Assembly (NCBI GenBank): GCA_963740315.1
Contig: CAVUDP010000001.1
Span: 1,152,001-1,216,000, forward strand
Length of the DNA stretch: 64,000 bases
Direction of reading: 5' to 3'
DNA from: an uncultured cyanobacterium
GTDB lineage: Bacteria; Cyanobacteriota; Cyanobacteriia; Cyanobacteriales; Nostocaceae
This document shows positions 41,353-50,831 of the stretch, in pieces; the stretch's first letter is position 1, and every line of letters begins with the position of its first letter. The notes under the pieces are model-generated. The model had not been told where the DNA came from and did not search any database. It saw only the letters and a list, made by a program, of their open reading frames with translations. A program made the translations under genes and the position numbers.

Positions 41353-42078
41353 TTATTCAAACGGGAAAAATAATTTTTTGGCGAAAGATAGGGAACTATT
41401 AATACCCAAGCAGTCTGGCGCATTCTCGGATTCGTAATAAGTGCCGTGTATTTTATCCCAAAGCTTCAAATTTGCACCGTAGTTTCCTTTAATACAGCTT
41501 TGCGAGTGATGCCAAGCATGGTCTTGCGGTAAAATTAACCACGGAGATAAGCAGCGATATAGCCAGGAATTTGATGTTGGAGTAAAACTACTGTGTCGCC
41601 ACAAATCTAAAACCGAACTTAAACTGATGCCTAGAATATACCAGTTAGGGTCTTGCAGCAAATAGATAAATATTGAGTGAATCCATAGATAAACGATAAA
41701 AAAACTCGTCCATAATGTATTTCGGGAAGTTCCTAAAACATCCATTTCCGTTACTGTATGATGCACTTGATGGATAAACCACAACGAACGAGTATGAAAT
41801 AGACGATGATTCCAATAGTAGAGATAGTCTACAAATACAAAACTTAATAAAAAAGCCGCAACGGGATAAAGATTTAATGAAGCGCGAGCATTTGGTAGCA
41901 ACAATTGGAATTTGAAAACTACAGCGATTTGAAAAAACGGTATTGCAACTCCCTGAAAAAATAAGCCAATACCGTCTAATAACCAATCCTCACGCTTCTT
42001 TTTCCACCATAGAAACGGTTGCTTGCTATTTGTAACGGTTAATGCTAGAAGAATTACGAATGTAAAGAAAACCAACAT
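41353..42078 (-). CDS. sterol desaturase / fatty acid hydroxylase family protein
   Basis: His boxes YWNHRLFH, HQVHH and HAWHH; NYG...WDKIHGT. Confidence 0.88.
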   Translation of the reverse strand: MLVFFTFVILLALTVTNSKQPFLWWKKKREDWLLDGIGLFFQGVAIPFFQIAVVFKFQLLLPNARASLNLYPVAAFLLSFVFVDYLYYWNHRLFHTRSLWFIHQVHHTVTEMDVLGTSRNTLWTSFFIVYLWIHSIFIYLLQDPNWYILGISLSSVLDLWRHSSFTPTSNSWLYRCLSPWLILPQDHAWHHSQSCIKGNYGANLKLWDKIHGTYYESENAPDCLGINSSLSFAKKLFFPFE

Positions 42079-42199
42079 ATTAATAAATCAGTTTCAATTT
42101 ATACGATTTGAAGATTATATAATCGCTATACTTTTGTCAGGTTCTACCTGGGAATTTTTTGGAAGTGGCTGAGCCACTTCTTTTTTTATGTATACTCAT

Positions 42200-43219
42200 C
42201 TAAACCCAAAATTTTACCTCTACCGATTTATCCGGAAGTTGTCTTGGATCTTTACCTGCTGCGATTTGATTGCGAATAGACTCAACAAAAATGTGAATGG
42301 TGTCAGCAGGAGTATTCGCAAACTGCGTACCGTACTTTTCAATAACTTCCCACTGAATCTTTAAAGCTTCAATATCTTGACGGATAATATGCTGTGTAGT
42401 CCAATGTACGAGGGGCTTTGTTAGTTTATTCCAAATCCCATAATTATAGGTAACATAGGTATAAACTAAAGTCGAATGTTCTGTTTCTGGAACGCATTGA
42501 CTGGTGATAAAAAGTCTTCTTTTCGCTGACATCTCGTACTCAACGCTGGTGACATTCGGCATATGAAAGCTATCGATATGGCGAATTTTATCACCTTTAT
42601 TATTGAGAAACTTTGTAAACCAGCCCAGATTACTGGTTTCGTTACGGTATTCGGCAAACACGCTACCATTGCGTCTTTCCACAGTCATTTCTAACTGTTG
42701 TTTGCTGGGTTTGCGAAAGATTCCGGGATGTACCGAAGCGGTATGAGGAACATCAATAAAATTTTCGGCGCAATTGGTGACGTTATTATGGAAGCGATTG
42801 ATTACTCTTACAGTTTCCCATCCCGGTTGTTGATACTGAGGCATTTTGAAAGGTGGAAATTCCTCAGCAGGTGACGACAACCGCACGTAAACGTAACCAT
42901 CTTGTTCTAAAGTTTGATAAGCTTGGCACTTTCGCATTTTGCTTTGACAAAAACTCTCTCCTTCCGAAGGTACCGTCGTAACCTTGCCAGTATTATCGTA
43001 AACCCAACCGTGGTAGGGGCATTCAAGCTTTCCTTGACAAACTTTACCTTTCGATAAGCGGGTATTTCTGTGAATGCACCTATCTTGTAAAGCAACGGGT
43101 TTCCCATCTTCGCCACGGAATACCGCCAGCCATTCACCTAAAATTGTGCGCGAAAGAACTTGATTTGGTTTTAATTGGTTGCTGAATGCAACAACATACC
43201 AAAAATCTTCAAATTTCAT
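42200..43219 (-). CDS. Rieske non-heme iron oxygenase alpha subunit
   Basis: CIHR...CPYHGW Rieske motif; ENFIDVPHTASVH iron site. Confidence 0.92.
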   Translation of the reverse strand: MKFEDFWYVVAFSNQLKPNQVLSRTILGEWLAVFRGEDGKPVALQDRCIHRNTRLSKGKVCQGKLECPYHGWVYDNTGKVTTVPSEGESFCQSKMRKCQAYQTLEQDGYVYVRLSSPAEEFPPFKMPQYQQPGWETVRVINRFHNNVTNCAENFIDVPHTASVHPGIFRKPSKQQLEMTVERRNGSVFAEYRNETSNLGWFTKFLNNKGDKIRHIDSFHMPNVTSVEYEMSAKRRLFITSQCVPETEHSTLVYTYVTYNYGIWNKLTKPLVHWTTQHIIRQDIEALKIQWEVIEKYGTQFANTPADTIHIFVESIRNQIAAGKDPRQLPDKSVEVKFWV

Positions 43220-43297
43220 TACTGTTGTTAGTTGTTAGTTGTTATTACGAATAAAAAACAGATAGTTGATAATGTTCGCATCATGTTTTTAATCTTT

Positions 43298-43432
43298 ATT
43301 AATACTAAGAGGTTCGTAGTAAGGGCTTCAGCCCCCCTCCGGATTAATACTAAGAGGTTCGTAGTAAGGGCTTCAGCCCCCCTCCGGATTAATACTAAGA
43401 GGTTCGTAGTAAGGGCTTTAGCCCCCCTCCGA
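43298..43432. repeat. three tandem 45-bp units, each containing one arm of the dispersed palindrome
   Basis: ATTAATACTAAGAGGTTCGTAGTAAGGGCTTCAGCCCCCCTCCGG x3, no spacers. Confidence 0.92.
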
Positions 43433-43616
43433 TAAATTTGCTCGATGGTTTAAATTTGAATAATTATTTAACCTACCGAGCAAGATGCTGTCCTTACGGA
43501 CACGCTACGCGTTCACCGTAGGTGCGGCTAACGCACTACTTGTAATTTCATGAATCATTTAGAACCGTTATATATGATTTGTAATATTTTGTTTTTCTAT
43601 GCCCTATTCCCTACCT

Positions 43617-43907
43617 TCATTTACAAGTCGTAATTTTAATATCATTAGTTAATTGAATTTGACAAGCCAGCCTTGCCCGTGAATTTTCTGGAGATAATAC
43701 CTCTAAAAGTTCTTTTTCTTCTGACGATGCAGGTGGAATATCACCTTCTACAACTACAAGACAAGTACCACAAATTCCGGTACGACAACCGAAAAGTACG
43801 GGTGAATTTTCAACAGTTAAATGTTCGGCAAGGTTTTGATTTTGTTCTAGAAACACAGGTTGGTGTTTTGTTTCTGTAAACTGGATTTTACAACTTTTTT
43901 TATTCAT
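43617..43907 (-). CDS. 2Fe-2S ferredoxin
   Basis: FGCRTGICGTC...RLACQ. Confidence 0.92.
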   Translation of the reverse strand: MNKKSCKIQFTETKHQPVFLEQNQNLAEHLTVENSPVLFGCRTGICGTCLVVVEGDIPPASSEEKELLEVLSPENSRARLACQIQLTNDIKITTCK

Positions 43908-43973
43908 AATTTGAACTAATTTATTAATTATTCATTTTGCTATGCAATTTCACGATCGGGAAATTGAAAAAAT

Positions 43974-45014
43974 CTAAAATCTAAAATTTACTGACCATAT
44001 CGAAGGTTGAAGTTGATTTACATAGCTCATATATTTAATCAGCGGTTCGTCAATAGTCAAAACAGCGTTGGGATTATAACGAATATTGTCATAGATCGTG
44101 CCGTCTTCACCGCGTAAAAAATAGTAAGCCAATTTCGTCATTATTAATAAAAATCTACTAATAAACCAACCAATAATTCCTTTTCTCTTCTTAGTAATAT
44201 AAATAGGCTGAATTCTAGTTTTTCCACCTTCTAAAGGTGTATAGGCATAAATCATATACAAAGGTGGTATAAATCGCACTTTTTTCATGATAGTTAGCAA
44301 TCCTATACATCCATCGGCATATCTCATGGTGTATTCGTAATCATTTCCAAGTATTCTTCTAGCAATTTTCTCTCTAAATGTCGTTTGAGGAAATTCACCG
44401 CTCAAAGTAAAATCAATAATATTTCCAGATTTATTTGACTCTAATAATAAATCCATTTTGATGTTTAATTTATGCACGGTTTGAAGATGTTGAGCATCAA
44501 TTCCGTTCATCATACAAATGTGATGATGACAATTGCGTTCAAATGCTTTATCGTATGCTGTGACAAGAGATTGATTTTTTAACTCGTCAAATTCTGCTAC
44601 TTCGAGTGCTTTTGTATCTGGATAAACCCAAATAAAACCATATTTTTCGTTAATAGTATAAGCTTGTAACTTGGCTTTTTGAGGAATATTAGACTGACAG
44701 GGAATATCTTGACATTTACCTTCACCATCAAAAGCCCAATGATGGAAGAAACAACGAATCAAATTACCATCAACTTTACCGATCGCTAAATCTGTTCCTA
44801 AATGGGGACAGTAAGCATCTAATGCTCTAACATTGCCATCTTCACCGCGAAAAATTACAATTCTTTGTCCGCAAATTACAAAGGATTTAGCATTACCTTG
44901 AGGTATTTCTTTACTTGGACAAACTATGTACCAACCTTTAGCAACAACATCCCAATTGTTGAAGATTTTCATTTCGATTAAAGGTTGGGTGTTTTGGTTT
45001 TGTAATGAGTTCAT
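43974..45014 (-). CDS. Rieske non-heme iron oxygenase alpha subunit
   Basis: CPHLG...CFFHHW; NGIDAQHLQTVH. Confidence 0.92.
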   Translation of the reverse strand: MNSLQNQNTQPLIEMKIFNNWDVVAKGWYIVCPSKEIPQGNAKSFVICGQRIVIFRGEDGNVRALDAYCPHLGTDLAIGKVDGNLIRCFFHHWAFDGEGKCQDIPCQSNIPQKAKLQAYTINEKYGFIWVYPDTKALEVAEFDELKNQSLVTAYDKAFERNCHHHICMMNGIDAQHLQTVHKLNIKMDLLLESNKSGNIIDFTLSGEFPQTTFREKIARRILGNDYEYTMRYADGCIGLLTIMKKVRFIPPLYMIYAYTPLEGGKTRIQPIYITKKRKGIIGWFISRFLLIMTKLAYYFLRGEDGTIYDNIRYNPNAVLTIDEPLIKYMSYVNQLQPSIWSVNFRF

Positions 45015-45115
45015 ATAAATTCGGTTATACAGTTATAAATAGTTTGAGAAAGGGAACGGGGAACAGAAAATATATGGAGTTTTTCCAAGATTAAAATTAT
45101 ATATTTAATTGAATA

Positions 45116-45292
45116 TTATGGGTTTTTAGCATCAAGGATAAATAGTAATGAGCCGATGATAAATAATATGCCTCCGAAAAAAGATGAAATTGAATAAAAT
45201 GATATCTCTTTAAATAAATCAAGCAAAGAATTTATAGTGAATAGAACAGAACCAATAAAAAACAAATAACTTCCTAATAACGTATAGCTCAT
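45116..45292 (-). CDS. 58-aa two-TM membrane protein (YrhK-like), absent from ORF track
   Basis: MSYTLLGSYLFFIGSVLFTINSLLDLFKEISFYSISSFFGGILFIIGSLLFILDAKNP; starts 11 nt after the CylC-like stop; internal repeat G..LF.IGS.LF. Confidence 0.7.
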   Translation of the reverse strand: MSYTLLGSYLFFIGSVLFTINSLLDLFKEISFYSISSFFGGILFIIGSLLFILDAKNP

Positions 45293-45303
45293 GATTTATC
45301 TTC

Positions 45304-46476
45304 TTAATTATTAATTGACCATTTTTTAAAAGCTTTTTTTTGCTGATTTAAATATTTGGAAACAGAATTCTCAGCCATCAAAGACATTTCCCGGTTACTT
45401 TTCCATAAATAATCCAAAGGTTGTAGATAAACTTTGTATGATTCCATCGCTTCATTGTGAGTTTGAAAGCTGTTGTGTAACGCTTGTGTCTCTTCGGTAA
45501 AACAACGACGCATCATGTTTTTCGCATCTGTGTCACTCATACCGAAAATGCGCGATCGCAACACTCGATAAATAGCGGGATACAGTGCAGCATCGTACCA
45601 AAATATACCGTTAACCGCTACCGAACAGTGATAATGGTCTTTTTGACAACCGCGTATTCCTAAGTTTGCAACCATTTTCTCAAAATCTGTCGGAGGTTTG
45701 ATACAGTTAATTACATCATGGGAAATTATGGTCGAACTATTGAAATGAAAGCTTTCATCCATGAAGTGATAGTAGGAAATTTTTGCGGGGATAGGAGCAT
45801 TTTCGGGATTTGGATGTTTTTGATAATAATTACTAAGTTTGTGTTGAACTAACTTACCGTTGAGAGTACGCACCCCCCGCACCGTAAAATATTGACAAGC
45901 AAGGAAAGTATTATCCGCAGATATCAACCCAAAGGCTTGTAGCTGAAGTTTTTTCCACTGACGCTTGAGAAAATTGGTATCGGTAAACACCATCGTTTCA
46001 GAATAAGGTCCGCGCATTGGGTAGCTAAATATGCGATCGGCAAACAATTTTGATTCAACTTCTTGAGAAATTATTTTAAAAGCGTTAATATGGGCGCGTT
46101 CCTGTGCGGATTCCAAATCGAGCATATCGCATATCAACCGAAAATCCTCTTGAGCATAGAGTCCAGCCGCACTAGTTTGATTAAAAAAGATAGTCGCAAT
46201 TTCAGCGGAAATGATTTGAGAATAGTAAGCTACCCAGTAAAGTTGATTGAGAATAATTCTTTGAGCGGGGCTTGCTTGTTCCCACAAAGGCGTACCAAAA
46301 AGTAAGGAAAATTGCTCTGGGTTCCAGTATTCATTTTTGCAATCATCGTACTTAAAAGCAGCCGCAGCTTCATCTAACAATTCCGTACAATCTTGCTTTT
46401 GATTGCGCTTATAGTTAATTTGCAGCTTGCGACAGACTTGTTGATTTTCTAAAAGCGTATTTTGTTTATCAAACAT
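45304..46476 (-). CDS. CylC/AurF-like dimetal-carboxylate enzyme (putative halogenase/oxygenase)
   Basis: LNQLYW...SAEIAT, ESAQERAH and HFMDESFH metal-binding motifs. Confidence 0.8.
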   Translation of the reverse strand: MFDKQNTLLENQQVCRKLQINYKRNQKQDCTELLDEAAAAFKYDDCKNEYWNPEQFSLLFGTPLWEQASPAQRIILNQLYWVAYYSQIISAEIATIFFNQTSAAGLYAQEDFRLICDMLDLESAQERAHINAFKIISQEVESKLFADRIFSYPMRGPYSETMVFTDTNFLKRQWKKLQLQAFGLISADNTFLACQYFTVRGVRTLNGKLVQHKLSNYYQKHPNPENAPIPAKISYYHFMDESFHFNSSTIISHDVINCIKPPTDFEKMVANLGIRGCQKDHYHCSVAVNGIFWYDAALYPAIYRVLRSRIFGMSDTDAKNMMRRCFTEETQALHNSFQTHNEAMESYKVYLQPLDYLWKSNREMSLMAENSVSKYLNQQKKAFKKWSINN

Positions 46477-46621
46477 ATAATTACCTATTTTTCTAATATG
46501 AAAGAATTACATTTCTCCCCCCTCTTCCCCCTCTTCCCCCTCACTCAATTAACTAATCTTCTACCAGGAAGCGAATTAGCTATAGCAGTAACCGCAATAT
46601 TCTGATTTTTATATTTTCTTT

Positions 46622-47587
46622 CTAAAAAACACATCGATCGGGCTTCAAAGCTTGAAAACATCCCTTAATTTCAAGTTGTTCAACTATAGCTTTAGCGCTA
46701 GGTAAATTCATTAAACCGCGTAATATTTTCAACCGACTTCCACTATGATTTTCTGTCTCTAATTCTTCAAAAATATTGATTTTTTGGGCTTTAGATAAAT
46801 GTCCCTTGACTTGTTCAATTGCTGTCACAACAGTTTGAGGTCCTAATTGTACCATTTGTAAAAACATTGCTAATATTTCCACGATATCTTGACTCGATTT
46901 AATTGGAGATATCTTTTCAAATAGCGTTACTCCACTAGCGTGATGGCGGCTTTCATCTTGCAAAAAACCCTGAAAAACCGAACTCAACAGAGGATTTTGA
47001 CAATGAGAAGCAATACTGCGGTAATGAGTTAAACCCCATCCCTCTAAAACCACCTGAAGCACAAATAATAAAACTGCTTTATCGTCACTTTCCACTACAT
47101 CTTCCAGCAAATCCAAAAAGAGATTATTATTTACTTGTGGAGTTGGTAAAAAACGGCTAATTTGTGATAAATGGGTTACTTCATCCGCAGCAAACAAACC
47201 ATAAAGCATTCTTTCTTCAGTAGTTTCTGCCAGTAAAACCATTTTAGCCATATAACCCATCCCAGCTTTTTCGATAAAATAAGCTTCTTCCAAAACTCCC
47301 AAATTACAAAGCTGTAAAATCGAACTTTGTTCCGCAGGTGTGGAATCCTGAAAAATTTTTACGCGATCGAGATTGAAATATTTCGCATCCCAATAAGGAA
47401 TTAATATAGAATTATCAAAGCATGGATTTATGATTGTAGTGTTCGCATCTTGCTCCCTAGAAAATTCTTGGCTAGAGAACGATTTTGGGATTGTTTTTTC
47501 GAGTGCTGAAGATAAAATTCGATGTAATTTATCTTCTTGATTTACATTAGGTAAATTTAACCCAGCGATATAATATTGTTGATTCAT
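46622..47587 (-). CDS. ferritin-like diiron-carboxylate protein
   Basis: EAYFIE, DEVTH, LEGWGLTHY and DESRHH motifs. Confidence 0.8.
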   Translation of the reverse strand: MNQQYYIAGLNLPNVNQEDKLHRILSSALEKTIPKSFSSQEFSREQDANTTIINPCFDNSILIPYWDAKYFNLDRVKIFQDSTPAEQSSILQLCNLGVLEEAYFIEKAGMGYMAKMVLLAETTEERMLYGLFAADEVTHLSQISRFLPTPQVNNNLFLDLLEDVVESDDKAVLLFVLQVVLEGWGLTHYRSIASHCQNPLLSSVFQGFLQDESRHHASGVTLFEKISPIKSSQDIVEILAMFLQMVQLGPQTVVTAIEQVKGHLSKAQKINIFEELETENHSGSRLKILRGLMNLPSAKAIVEQLEIKGCFQALKPDRCVF

Positions 47588-47884
47588 GATTTGATAAATG
47601 ATAATTGTTAATTGATAATTGATAATTGCTAGTTTTATCTCCTACCTGCCTTGGAATAAATTCCCAGTAACTAATATACAAACTCTGATAAATCAGACTG
47701 GGGGAAGCTTTTAGTGCGTTTTAATGTACTAATTTTGGTTGCTTGGAATTGATTTCAAGGCGATAAGTCTGACTTAACAAGACTGCTGCAAAATATGAAT
47801 CAAAATGGACGAAAAAATCTGAATAATAAACCAAGTAGTATTTTTTTATTCGCAATTTATACTTTTTAACTCCTAACTCCTAAT

Positions 47885-48172
47885 TCATAACTCATAATTC
47901 CCAACTCCTAATTCCTTCTCTTTTGGTTTTGCACATGGAGAAACAACCATAGGATGAGATTCCTTATCAAAATTTGGGTTTTTCGGTAAAATCATTGGAT
48001 CGGAATTCTCTTCAGTTTTATTTATCGCAGAATTAGTTTGCGGTAAAAACATATCAGACTCTAGATTTGAGCAGATTTCCGCTTTTTTATTAGCATTCAC
48101 ACCACAAGCAGCAAAAATAACTACTATAAACGAGTTGAAAAGCATCGAACGAATTGTCACAACTTTTTTCAT
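47885..48172 (-). CDS. small putative lipoprotein
   Basis: Basic N-terminus, hydrophobic stretch, lipobox-like FAAC; C-terminus runs into heptamer repeats. Confidence 0.55.
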   Translation of the reverse strand: MKKVVTIRSMLFNSFIVVIFAACGVNANKKAEICSNLESDMFLPQTNSAINKTEENSDPMILPKNPNFDKESHPMVVSPCAKPKEKELGVGNYEL

Positions 48173-48382
48173 AATTAAAGATTTGCGATCGCGTATTTCT
48201 TATAATTGTTGTTCTTACATTTATCGTCAACCCTGTTGTTTCAATTTCAGTAACACCTAATAAAAAAAAGCATATTCGATGATGTTAAAATATCGTAGTG
48301 CGGGCATCTTGCCCGCTATAAACAATTAACCTTTAACCTTTAACCTTTAACCTCTAACCTTTAACCTTTAACCTTTAACCTG

Positions 48383-49477
48383 TTAATCATTCGCTTCTCC
48401 TTTAGATTCCACCATCTCTATTTCTTTTTGTCGCTGTCTTTGTTCTTCTTCGTTTACAGGTTCCCAACTTTCCCAACACATAGCTTTTTGTTTTTCCACG
48501 TTTTGAATAAATTGCAAAATTGAATTATCTGCTTTAGTTGGTGTTTTTAAATCGAATTTAATCGTTTGAAAAATCTGGGTATCTCCCGAAGCAAAGTAGT
48601 TACCTACTTTATTTGTTAACCAAAGTACAAATCTATTAAATAACCAACCGAAAACACCGCGACGTTTTTTAGTTATTAAAATTGTTTGTCCTTCCGTTTT
48701 TCCATCTTCCAGCAAACGCAAAGCAAACATGATGTGAAAATGTAGAAAATCGGGACCTAATGTTACTGTACCGATACTTCCGTACCAATAACACATACTA
48801 TAAGTAATGGCTTTTTTATAAAAAGGACGGATTAATTTAATCAAAAATGAATCTTCACCACCCCATGTAACGTTGCTAAAAGTAACGGCATTTTCGTTGA
48901 GTTGTTGTTTACGAAAAACAATCTCTAAAGGTAAATTGTGAACCGTATTGAAGTGATGAGCATCGATCGCATTAATCATCATTACGTTGGGATGACAGTT
49001 TTTCACAAAATGAGAAGTTAAAATACTATCGCATTCCTCATTCTCCAATTCTGGTACGAAGGGTAAAGGCTGTAAAGGAGTTTCGCCAGTCCAAACCCAT
49101 ACCATGCCGTACTTTTCGGCAACTTGCCATGTTTTCAACTGCAAGGGAAGCGGGGTTCCCAAACAAGGAACATCAACGCAATTACCAGTGCGATCGAACT
49201 TCCAATTATGAAATAAACAACGCAATCCCTTACCTTCAACTTTGCCTTCTGCAAGGTGAGCGCCCATGTGGGGACAGTAAGCGTCAAAGCAAACTAATTC
49301 ACCGTCGATATCCCGATAAATTGCCAATTCTCTACCCAACAAAGAAACCGGCTTTACTTGTCCTTTTCGTAACGTTTTAGAAGGAATAGCCCAGTACCAA
49401 CCTTCAATAAAACGTCTTGAATGATTAAATATTTGCGTGTAACGATATGAACTAATACTATTTGATACGACTTTCAT
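48383..49477 (-). CDS. Rieske non-heme iron oxygenase alpha subunit
   Basis: CPHMG...CLFHNW; NAIDAHHFNTVH. Confidence 0.92.
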   Translation of the reverse strand: MKVVSNSISSYRYTQIFNHSRRFIEGWYWAIPSKTLRKGQVKPVSLLGRELAIYRDIDGELVCFDAYCPHMGAHLAEGKVEGKGLRCLFHNWKFDRTGNCVDVPCLGTPLPLQLKTWQVAEKYGMVWVWTGETPLQPLPFVPELENEECDSILTSHFVKNCHPNVMMINAIDAHHFNTVHNLPLEIVFRKQQLNENAVTFSNVTWGGEDSFLIKLIRPFYKKAITYSMCYWYGSIGTVTLGPDFLHFHIMFALRLLEDGKTEGQTILITKKRRGVFGWLFNRFVLWLTNKVGNYFASGDTQIFQTIKFDLKTPTKADNSILQFIQNVEKQKAMCWESWEPVNEEEQRQRQKEIEMVESKGEAND

Positions 49478-49619
49478 GACCTAATTATTACCGGAACTTC
49501 CGGCTTGTAAACAAGTTGTATTAAAAGGCGTTATATCAGGGATTAGCAGTTTTTGGTGTGTTGAAAGCATCATCCTAAAACTATTCTACGTCTTCTTCAA
49601 ACCAACCGCATTTATAATT

Positions 49620-50363
49620 TTAAGCCGGAATTTTTAAGGTTGATTGAGTTTCCCCCATATTGCCAGCAAACCACATTCTACGTCCGGCACGAGTCAGATT
49701 TTCTTCACAAATCTCCGTAAAACAAACTAATTCATCACCATCGAGATGACCTGAATTAAGAGTTTGGAAAAACCGGATATGTGGATCTCGCAATCTCTCA
49801 ACGGGTATACCTCGCAATCCATCGCGCAGTATGTGGGGATGGGGAAAACGAACTACGCCAGTTTTTATATCGTAATTTTCGTCAAAACGTTTGATAGCTA
49901 AATCCTGCATCAAGCGCAAAATATTTTCTGGGGTTGGCTTGTCGTATCGAGGATAAAATTCTTTCCAAAATAAGGGTAAAAAACGATAGGTGCGATAACC
50001 ACCAGAAATCAGCAGCCAGTAAAGTTTACCTTTGCAATATTCGCGACGTAGTTTATTTATCGAAGTTATCCAGCTAGTAGATAGCGCCGAACTCGACCAA
50101 GCACTTGGATCTACAATAGTGTCACCGGAAAACACAATGCTAATATCTTCACCTTCAAAACAGGTGTCGTACATTAGTAAAGTTGAAAAGCCTTTTAATT
50201 CATTTGTTTGTTCATCTTTAATCAAGATTACCCAATTTTTACTATCTAAATCGTTGTTAAATACATCTCTTTTAACTCCTTCAAAATGATTGTTTAGAAG
50301 TAAAAACATTTTTTCTGCATCCAGAGGTGATAATTCCTCGGTGCGAATCAATTGATTATTCAT
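49620..50363 (-). CDS. hypothetical protein, probable GNAT-like fold
   Basis: Beta-hairpin LKGFST, FSGDTIVDPSAW and YWLLISGGYRTY; first gene of the oxidase cluster. Confidence 0.65.
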   Translation of the reverse strand: MNNQLIRTEELSPLDAEKMFLLLNNHFEGVKRDVFNNDLDSKNWVILIKDEQTNELKGFSTLLMYDTCFEGEDISIVFSGDTIVDPSAWSSSALSTSWITSINKLRREYCKGKLYWLLISGGYRTYRFLPLFWKEFYPRYDKPTPENILRLMQDLAIKRFDENYDIKTGVVRFPHPHILRDGLRGIPVERLRDPHIRFFQTLNSGHLDGDELVCFTEICEENLTRAGRRMWFAGNMGETQSTLKIPA

Positions 50364-50831
50364 TTTTTTATCAATATATCTTTGTATTTTCTTATTATTA
50401 ACTATAGATTTTAACTCCGCATAATAAATTATTACTTGTGTCAGAAAGTTATCTGTCCAAGGTAAAAACCAAGGTAAATTACTACAGAAATTAATTATAA
50501 AAGCTTTGCCAGACAGTGCTTTTGGGCATTAAAAAAAACATATTTAAAATAGTATAGCGAAACAATTAAGGTTATTAAAAATTGTAAAATACTGCTTACT
50601 TCATGGTGCTTCATCCCCGTTCAGCTATCTTCAATTCATATCTTGATTATTTATATGTTCTCTTTAAATCAATACGAACTATAAGCTTTAATTTTTAGAA
50701 TTAATTTCGCGTTTAGCTGAAGTTATTACTCCCTTCCACTTATCAGATTACCTATAAATCTCTCGTTCTTCCCCCTCTCATTCATGTTTTCGGTCGGCGC
50801 AACTATTAACAACCAAATTCTTGAAAATCAA

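Noticed and set aside
41147..41402. Short ORFs on both strands over the 142-bp duplication
   Set aside because: Derived from repeat sequence, with no recognisable domain
43298..43432. Possible CRISPR array
   Set aside because: Units are head-to-tail with no unique spacers, and no cas genes are nearby
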